Source: Eledone cirrhosa (lineage: Eukaryota). Taken from it: 64,000 bases of DNA. The position numbers and the translations under genes are program-made. The notes under the pieces were generated by a model. That model was given only the letters and a program-made list of their open reading frames with translations. It did no database searches and was not told the DNA's origin. Location of the stretch: positions 151,218,001-151,282,000 of the forward strand of contig OZ024743.1 of the NCBI GenBank assembly GCA_964016885.1, given 5' to 3'. Shown here in pieces: positions 54,480-64,000 of the stretch (the first letter of the stretch is position 1; every line of letters starts with the position of its first letter).

Positions 54480-54772
54480 CAGTTTCAATGATGAGTATTC
54501 AATTGTTTTATCAGCAAACCAACTGGCATGTTAACTAAACAAGTAAGTGGTTGAGTATTCCAAAGTCATGTATATCCATAACATAATACTCAAGCTGAAT
54601 TAGTAAAATACAATGTGTGTCAAGACTGGACTTTTGAATTACAGGCACAATCTAAATCTACTCAATTTTACTCATAAGGCTTGGGTCAACTAAACCAATA
54701 GTAAAAGGCATTTGGTATCAAACTTAGAACCCCATGATTGTGAAGTGAATTCTAAAAACACTTGGCTATGTT
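54480..54772 (-). mobile_element. SINE family C, decayed
   Basis: aagtggttgagtattcca..catgt..cc.taacata matches 37625-37670. Confidence 0.65.
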
Positions 54773-55789
54773 TGAGTATTTAATATATATACTGTGAACC
54801 TTCACAGATAATATAGCTGTGAAGGTTCACATATCTAAGTGCATAAACATGCATCTACAAATTTATAAAATATTATGCATGAATATTTTCTATATATTGT
54901 ACAGAGAGAAAGATAGTAATAATTCAGACATGTAACTAATGGCATGTAACATCAATACTGAAAGATGCTAATGTTACCTAGCATTACTGCCATCACCAGA
55001 GTAGAGAGTTAATATATAAATATATATATATTTTTAAAAAAATGAACATAATGGCATTGAAGATCAATAGGAAATCTTATGAAAATTAATGAGTCAAATC
55101 ATATCAGCCTTTACAAGAGAATAAGAGTTTGAGTGTTCCTAGTGCAAGCAAGTTCTTAAATAGATTTAAAACATGTTTTCCATACATAAAACTCTGCTGA
55201 GACCAGCATTAAATAAAATCAATTCCTAGATTTCATCTAATCAACATCTCTTTTTTGATGAACATTTTTTTTCCAATCAGTACTCGGTAGAGTTTACCAT
55301 AATCCCATTTGATTATTTTCTGATGAACTGTAATCCCATTTTTGGTTTATTCTTTTAACTTGCAGTGATATTTTAAGCTTAATCCATTGCATTTTGTGGA
55401 TTCATAGTTACCATGTTTTATATTAAACGTCATATCTTTTTCTTTTAACATACATTTTCTCTTCCTAAAAGACTCATTTAAAGATTTAAGATGGCTTCTG
55501 ATTTTTCTTTTCACATATTTAGATTTCCTAAACTGGTAATAAGTATTTGTAACTCTCCCTTCTCCCTCAAAAATGTATGAATATAAATGGCAAAAATAAT
55601 AATAATAATAAATAGTTCAATTGTAACAAAAAATAGAAAGGTGTATGTTATAATAAACAAATAAACATAAAACTGTGGTGCGTAGGGAATGCATACATAT
55701 AAATATAAAATAATTTGACAACGCCGCTTCAGAAAATGTTTTTACTTTCCTTCAACCTGCAGTTATTGCTGCTGCTACAGTGTTTGAAG

Positions 55790-56870
55790 AATTGTTAGAA
55801 AATCAAACAAAATACTTTTCAGTAATTATTCTGGTGAGTTTAAATCCCATCATTGCCAACCTTGCCTTTTATCCTTCTAGGGCTGATAAAAATTAACTAT
55901 ACACTTCCCCCCAACACCTCTGATTTTGTACCTATGCTCATTTATTATTATTATTATTATTATTATTCCATAGGCTTATTTTTATTGCATTCTTTCACTG
56001 CATTACTAAGTGCAGTTTTGGGTGAATTGGTCATGTGAAATGTTTTGTTTCAATTTTGTAGTTTCTATTGTATTGAAAATACTTAGTGTATTTTCTAGTG
56101 CTTTGTATGTTGAGATTATCCGGCAGTCCTAGAGTTTTCATTATGTATTTGTTTGCATAGTTTTAATATTTCTCAAGGAGTCCATCATTATAGAGATTGT
56201 TGCGGTTTGAGCCCACACACTATTTCCAGATCTTTATATTTGGATAATTTCTCCATTTCTTCGAGAGAGAAATTATTATCTGCAGGAACAGATACTTTGA
56301 TTAGGAGACACCTTCTTTACCTGGCTGATTAGCCTTACCCTCCTCATCTGGTGTGCATTGGCACTACCTTCCAGTGTTGATGAAATCAAGTACCAGTTAA
56401 GTACTAGAGTTGATGTAATCAACTAAGCCCTTCTCCCAAATTTCTGACATGTGTCTATGTTAGAAACCATTATTATTATTATTATTACGAGCAGTGGATT
56501 GGCTGTATCAGTAGAGTGTCATACAATATGCCTAGCTGCATAGAGTTCCCAGTTCAAATCCCGGTGAGGTTAGCTTTGCCTTTCATCCTAAGAGGGTCGA
56601 TGAAATATAGTACAAGCAACGTACTGGGGTCAATTTCATCAACTTTCTCCTCCCCCAAAATTGGTGGCCTTGTGCCTAAATCAGAAACCATTATTTGGTA
56701 GAATGGCAGATTTGTTCATGCATCACACAAAATGCTTGTGGTAATTGTTCTTCCTTTATACATTCTGATACTTAAGTTTATCAACCATTCTTTACTATAT
56801 CAAAATACCAATCATGTACTCTGGTCAATATAATCAACTATACCCATCCTCAAAATTTGAGACTTCATAA
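55790..56870 (+). mobile_element. Cluster of about four SINE family A copies around an R4/Dong 3' fragment (55942-56320, minus strand)
   Basis: Repeated family A cores and (ATT)n tails; minus-strand EKLSKYKDLEI RLE motif and (TAA)n tail. Confidence 0.75.
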
Positions 56871-57657
56871 AAATATAGTAGTACAGGAAAGCAATGTGTT
56901 TGTCATGGCTATACTACTTTCATTAATGATAAAGCTTGAGTATAACAGTTATAGACCAATTCCTGACTAATAAAACTTCATCAAGAAAATAACAACAGAA
57001 AAGATAAATGACATTTGTAGAATGTACAATAGCAGTATATAGTAGATATGAATTATCTTTTAATGTAGAGGCAATAAAGCATCTCATTTCTAGTTCCTCA
57101 GTCCTAAAACAATGGCGGAAGATATTATGAGGCATAAAAGTGTACGGTTATATCGGTAATTTGAAATCAGAACTGAATATAAGTAGCATAAGCACACACC
57201 AAAAACTGTATCTGATAATAGTAGAACTATAATTCACAGCTACATGGCTGCACAGATTGATAAAGAAATCAATGTTTCTTGTGACAGATTTACCTGCTTA
57301 TGTCATTGTGGATGTCACTGCAACAATCAATGATGTGAGAAAAGCATAACTCAATTCTACAATTCTTCATGTCACTAAAAAGTTTGAACACTTCTTTTGC
57401 AATACGAAGGAAATGTTACTTAGATGAAATGTCTTTTCAGCAAAAATTCTGAGAAATTCCATATAAAATGTCTCAGTAACAACATTTTCAATGCTTGTTT
57501 TTAACAGTTAAAATGTTGAAGCAGAAGTTAACTTGCTAATAAGAAAACTACTGACAACAAAATACTTTCTTAATGAAAACGATTTGAATAACATGAACAT
57601 TAGATGTTCATAATATAACCTTTTAAATTATGAAATTCAAAATGGTTTTCTTTTTCA

Positions 57658-57698
<41 letters not shown>

Positions 57699-57896
57699 TG
57701 TTATATACACCCTCATCATCATCATTATATGTCTGCTTTCCATGCTGGCATGGGCTGGATGGGATGTTACAGTTAGTTCATATTTAGAGATACTGCTCTC
57801 CTAGACAGGTTGGAGGATCAAGCCGCACTTGTAAATCTGAGCAAATGGGACTTGGTGTACACACATAACATTTGCAAATTTATTTATGTATCTGAT

Positions 57897-57900
<4 letters not shown>

Positions 57901-57978
<78 letters not shown>
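57901..57978. repeat. (TG)n microsatellite
   Basis: Direct observation. Confidence 0.98.
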
Positions 57979-57982
<4 letters not shown>

Positions 57983-58001
57983 AAATATATGTATGTATAA
58001 T

Positions 58002-58640
58002 ATCATCATCAACGTTTAATGTCAATTTTTCCACACTAGCATGGGTTAGACAAATTAACCTGTTGTGAGCAATGCAAGGTCAGGTGACCTTCTCTTGCTC
58101 ATACATACTGATTTTGGTTTGATTTCTACAGCTGGATGCCCTTCCTAACACCAACCTCATTTTCAGTGAATACTGGGTGCTTTTTGTTGTGACGCCTACA
58201 AGACCACTTTACAGTGTGGGCTGGGTGCATTTTGTCATGACACCTACACAACCACTTTACAGTATCAGCTGGGTGCTTTTTGTTGTGACACCTACATAAC
58301 CACTTCACAGTGTAGACTGGGTGCTTTTTGCCATGACACCTACACGAACACTTTACAGTGTAGGCTGGGTGCTTTTTGTTGTGACACAACCACTTTACAG
58401 TGTAGGCTGGGTGCTTTTTGTCGTGACACCTACATGACCACCTTACAGTATGGACTGGGTGTTTTTTGCCGTGTTGCCATCACGACCACTTTACAGTGTG
58501 GGCTGGGTGCTTTTTATCATGACACCTACACAACCATTTAATAGTGTGAGCTGGGTGCTTTTTGCCGTGACACCTACACAACCACTTTACCGTGTGGAAT
58601 GGGTGCTTTAGTCGTGACACCTATGCAACCACTTTACAGC
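58002..58640 (-). mobile_element. SINE family B copy carrying a ~10 x 48-bp minisatellite (58173-58640)
   Basis: (CAT)n tail, ctacagctggatgcccttcctaac core, and units ctgggtgctttttg..gtgacacctacac.accactttacagtgt.gg starting at 58173, 58221, 58269, 58317, 58365, 58407, 58455, 58503, 58551, 58599. Confidence 0.92.
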
Positions 58641-59904
58641 GCATGTATATGAAAATATGATCTATTTAAAATGATAGTTCATATGAATTTGCGCCTGATC
58701 TACTAGAATTGAGCAGTTTGATACTAAGATTTATTAATTATATTTTCCTTGCAATATACTTTATTTTGGTTTCAGTTAGGACAATGTTTTAAGAACGAAA
58801 AAAAAAAAACCCAAACTACTGAAAACATTTAGTATTAAAGTTTGTCCATCTTAACAGAAGAAATATCATTGAGATGTAGTGTACGTATTTACTTCTACAT
58901 GTTTGCGTGTTTACACAATTTAAAACTAACATGAATGCATGATTTTAATCCAGGTACTAAATATAGGAAAAAAAAAGTACCCAAGAGATATTCATTCAAA
59001 TGAAAAGACAGATCATGAAAGAACTAATTGTCAATATTCTCAGCAACCTTTTCCATCTTTAGTAACCTATATACTGATGAATATCTAAAGAATTACTTTC
59101 ATGCAACAAAGCAGTACATCTATCAGGTGACTAGTAAATCTAATTCATTGAGATTGAAAGATGATAAAAAATATTCCCCACTGAACAAAAATGCAACTGA
59201 TTCAAAGTGCAATCAATAGCATATTGTGATCTTTTGGATCGACTCAATTAACTCCAAAAACAGATTCATGAAACAAATACCAAAAGTTTAAGAATCATTT
59301 TTCTTATTTTGTTATTTAAGTTATTGATCCAGATACATAAATACCGACAGACAATGATGTATTCCTAGACAGTTATTTTTATTTATTTCTTAGGAGAAAA
59401 ATAATAATAGAGCTGTAAAGAGTATTTTATAAATAGTTTCAAAAACAAATGTAATTTTAATAACTAACTCAAAATTTTAGCCAAAATATTACCAATGAGA
59501 TCTTATTGTAGCAATTAATCTAGCATCCTAATACACACACATGTGCATAAATGTGTATGTGTAAGTAGTGACTTGAGAAATCAGTTTTTTTTTTTGAGAG
59601 AAGGTTGTTGCTAAATGCTGAGAAAAATATTCTTTTTTAAAAAGCAAGGTTTCTTGTATGCTGAAGGGAAGATCCAATTTTCAACAAACCAGCAAACTAG
59701 AGAAAAGCTGCCTGGGCAATGATTGTTGAAGTGTTTTAAGAAAAGGGCTTCACAGTAATCACATTTCAGCATGAACAGTAGTGAGCTACAATACAAACAT
59801 AGAAATATGTGCACTCTCACACATATACACAGACATACAAAGATTCAGAAAAAATAACCTCTAGTGTGAAACCCTTTAAAATAAAGTAATAATGGTGGCA
59901 TTGC

Positions 59905-59946
59905 TATATATATAGAGAGAGAGAGGGAGAGAGAGAGAGAGGGAGA

Positions 59947-59992
<46 letters not shown>
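59905..59992. repeat. (TA)n(GA)n microsatellite
   Basis: Direct observation. Confidence 0.97.
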
Positions 59993-59995
<3 letters not shown>

Positions 59996-60719
59996 GTTTA
60001 AATATATGTTATATTTGTCTAGAGCCTTGTTTCTGAAATGAGAATTTTATTTGCCTTAACAGTGTTACAGATAGCTGTATGGTCATATTAACTGCAGAGA
60101 ATAACATTTGTATGGCATTAAACCCACAAAGAGAGTTGTATACTGCTATTACTACAACTTCTTTATCCAACTGTCACATGTCCACACCAGCACAGTTATT
60201 TCTTTTGCATGCTACATCTGATTCTTCTGATACTCTGACTTTTTCTCAGTTTATTTATACTCTGTTGCTCATGCACACAAACATTCCATATCCGTCATAT
60301 TCAGTGCCCATGTTTTGTTACCATGCAACATTACATTTCATACACAAACGTCACACAATATATCCTTCACTTGTGTATATGTCATAATGGGTGTGTTTAA
60401 GGAAACAAGAATAAATGTTACAATGAGTTCTCATTGTTAAAATTTTGGCTTTTAAATTGCCACCTTGACAGACAAAATATATGAAGTATCTAATGGGTTT
60501 ACAGTCAATTGGTAGAACTGTGATATATGCTTTTAATACAAGGAAGGTGTGTATATATACATTTATGAAAGTGCATTAGAATGAAATAAACATTTACAAA
60601 TTGATTTTAATGAACTTTATTAAAAAATACATCTATAATATCTACTACACAGTTTCATGAGTCCATAGAATTGAGGAGATAAACTATTGTGAATCATTGT
60701 TACTAAATCCTAGAAATTG

Positions 60720-61300
60720 TGTTGTCAGTACTTCACTTTCATAAAAATCCTCATCTGTTACAGTTAAAGTGTCACCTAGATTCAGCACTTTTTTGTTGTT
60801 TTGCCCCCAAAAGCTCCCTGTCTAGCAATTCATCTTCTGTTCTGTCCATTGCATTGGAAATATTACACCCATTAAAAGATTTTATCACCATTTTACTTTG
60901 AATACTTTCCCACATTGTTTTCACCCATTGTACAACAATATCTACATCTGGATATTTCAGAACCCTCTACCTTTGTTGTTCATCATTTCCAAATATCATC
61001 CATATGTTTCATGACTTTCTTATATATGTTTTAAATGGCTTATTTAGTGGAATCTAACAGCTATAGAAGTGATGCTGTGATCACTGTTGCTTTGTTCTAT
61101 TTTCTTATAATTTCACTTTTTTAAATCACACAAATATGAATAGATCTAATCCAATACAACCAATATTGTTGTCTTAAGGTGATCCAAATTTCATCTAATC
61201 ATAGGAAATGTTCTCTTTGGCATAGTTTTCTGTTAAATATTACTTTTGGTTTTAGTTTGCGCCATCAAAAATGTATACTAAGATTAACATAAAATGTTGT
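60720..61300 (-). mobile_element. Highly degraded LINE (endonuclease-region) remnant
   Basis: Weak R.NN.LDL-type remnant near 61130-61180. Confidence 0.3.
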
Positions 61301-62254
61301 CTTCCATGTTCAGTTTTCTTTTAATACTAGCAGTCCTGTTTTCTGAGAAGTAATATTACTATATATATTAAATAAAATACATTGGAGTTTCACCTATGTT
61401 TCACATTATTCACAATTTATATCCATGATATTTGCTTTAAGTGATTACAAATTCATGGAAATGTACTTTATTGCCCTCATCCTTTAATACTTTTTGAACA
61501 GTGTGGGTTTGCTGACATGGTGCTAGTCCACTTCTATTCATTAATCTTGTAAACCAACTAGCTAATGTGTGGAACATTTGTGTAATATTATTGAATAGTT
61601 TTGATGTTTTTGTTCGACTAGCTAACATGTCAATTTCTGGTAATTGACAAACCCAAGTATACAAATCATCCTTTACTTTCTAAGGAGAGACAGTATATTG
61701 TTTAGCATGCTTTATTTTGGGCAGTTCTTTTAGTGTTTCTATGACCAGTTCCTTAGTAATCTTTCATACACTCACAACTCTTTCTCAGCGCTACAATTTC
61801 CATACTCTCCAGCATATTCAATAACATGTAACCTTAAACCACCCTCATGACTTTTGCCTTAGTGTGTACAGTTTAGATTTTTGCCACTTTTTTCTATCAG
61901 AAAGTGATTAAAAAAACAACACCTCTGTCAACAAATTAGTGTATATACAGATATGAGCGATTTAACATGGATATCACTGCAGGAATGTTTGTTTTGTAGC
62001 AAAATCAATTTCTGCTTAAGCGACTATGTTTATTTTCACATGTGAGGTTATCAATGTATTCATTTATGAAGCTGATATTCATATGGATTGTGTAGAGACA
62101 ACAGGTGTTAGTGTACACAGCAAATTTTAAACCAAGAGCAAAGTTCAGTAGATAAGCCGCATGCATTTTGTGTGCCCTTTCTATATCTGTGTGTGCCTTG
62201 TCATACATTGTATGATGTTAATTTGTGTACACACACATCTCTAGAATACTCAGT

Positions 62255-62525
<271 letters not shown>

Positions 62526-64000
62526 ATTCCATAAACAATTTGATTAAACTTGCAGTCAAGGAAACTGTTCTAATGTCAATTTATATGTATAATAAATTAA
62601 CTTTTTAAGAAGCTCTATTTTTCAGTGTAATAATACAATAGTAATTTAAATTACTATTATCAGTAAACAGCTTACCAAATAATCATATATTACATTACCA
62701 AGCAATATTAAATTCATAATATTTAAATGTAATTTCTTACATAAATTTTTAAAATTTTGTGACAAAAGTGATATATAGCCAAGCTATGAATCATGTCAAT
62801 GCAATTTATCTAAATTATCATCTAGCAACCACTAATTTTTCCTTCAAGATGTCAATTTAAATAGTAGTAAATCATAGAACATAAAATCACATCAAATGTA
62901 TGATGTTACTCTATGTAGAAATGTTATACAATTAAACTCATTTAGACAACTGCAAGAATTCAGGTTCAGGCTTTTACAATCAGTCTTGATAGTCCAATAT
63001 ATTTTCTTATGTAATATTAACTTATCTTCCGATTAACTAGTTCTTGTAAGTTGAGTCACAGTAGTTTTTCAAAATCTCTTATGAAACTGCCTTGTTGCAA
63101 GTTAAACGCTTACCAATCTGTGCTGACTCTATTCTACATCTGAACAGTAATTTTCAGATTAACAATAAGGAAAAGTGAAGAACAATAAAAGACAACAACA
63201 TTGGGAGGAAAAAAAACATGGCTTATTGTTTTCTATAAGAATCTGAAAACAATAAACACTGTTCAAACAATAAGTTGAATTAAATAAGCTAAAGGAACTA
63301 TAACAGAAAACTTGTACAAGAAATGTACAAAACTAAGCAGTATAAATTTAAAAAAAATATATGCAAAATTGCTGTTATTGTGTTTGTTTATTTTGTTTTT
63401 ATTACTGATTAAATAACAATAGATACACATATTCCTTTTGAAAAGGTAACACATGGCACTGTCTGTGGATATCAACTTGTTCCATAGCTGCCTTTTTTTC
63501 TAAATTTAACAAGAAATATTAACAAGAAATATACTCAAACAAATTCTTTTATTTTTTTACTTTTTAAGCTATTGCAAGATACTGAAAAATAATTATCTTT
63601 CAGCTTTCTATACATGATTAATGAAATAATGCACTTTTCAAGAAAAGAATACCATTCACAGTTATAGCCATTATTTCTAAGTTATTTATATTAAAAAATT
63701 CAAACTAAAATTTTTTTAACATTATACAAAAAGCTAGAAGGCAAATTTCAAGAAAAATTGTAACTTTAGAATAATCAATAATTGCCACTACAACTCAACA
63801 TACTTTTGCAACTTATCACTTTGCCTTTGTTTTACCCATGGGCCAACAGTAATAACATTGCTGGTAATAATATTGATAAAAAAAAAATCAATTCTATCAA
63901 AATAATCATAAGCAATTTTACATTTTAAAAATTATATCATAATTATTGAGTGAGAATTTGGTCAATTTTCCCCAAATATAAAATGCTGATCTTTGGGGAG

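Noticed and set aside
58126-58389. Cys/His-rich repeat ORF resembling a zinc finger or metallothionein
   Set aside because: It is a translation of the 48-bp SINE minisatellite, with no splice or start context.
58173-58640. CRISPR-like regular array
   Set aside because: Units are contiguous tandem copies with no unique spacers, lie inside a SINE in eukaryotic DNA, and no cas genes are present.
63115-63140. Possible minus-strand microexon (ttcAG|...attg|GTAAGC)
   Set aside because: Good donor but poor pyrimidine tract and stops in two frames; such sites are expected by chance in 64 kb.

Overview
AT-rich eukaryotic (animal) genomic DNA with no prokaryotic features. The SINE families, abundant (TA)n/(TG)n/(GA)n microsatellites and the LINE spectrum point to a coleoid cephalopod, most likely an octopus. 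This is inferred from recalled repeat consensus sequences, not from a database search. The window appears to be almost entirely intron of one large minus-strand gene. One well-supported 285-bp symmetric phase-1 coding exon lies at 29494-29778 (Pro-rich PPPLPPK, Ser/acidic-rich, gene not identified). A second candidate ATG-initiated exon at 6660-6825 also ends in phase 1, and a CpG-retaining promoter-like region lies upstream of it at about 8040-8560. The rest is a fossil record of mobile DNA: CRE-like and R4/Dong RLE retrotransposons, CR1/L2, several RTE lineages, Penelope, hAT (Buster/Charlie), piggyBac-type and pogo-type MITEs, and at least three tRNA-SINE-type families. I found no convincing new multi-gene system. 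The most interesting leads are the possible alternative N-terminus/internal promoter, a local fold-back and inverted SINE pairs that could be dsRNA editing substrates, a GC-rich CRE-like element nested in a MITE, an unclassified CpG-rich segment between two (TA)n tracts, and a 48-bp tandem array inside a SINE. Nearly all ORFs in the supplied track are spurious or TE-derived.
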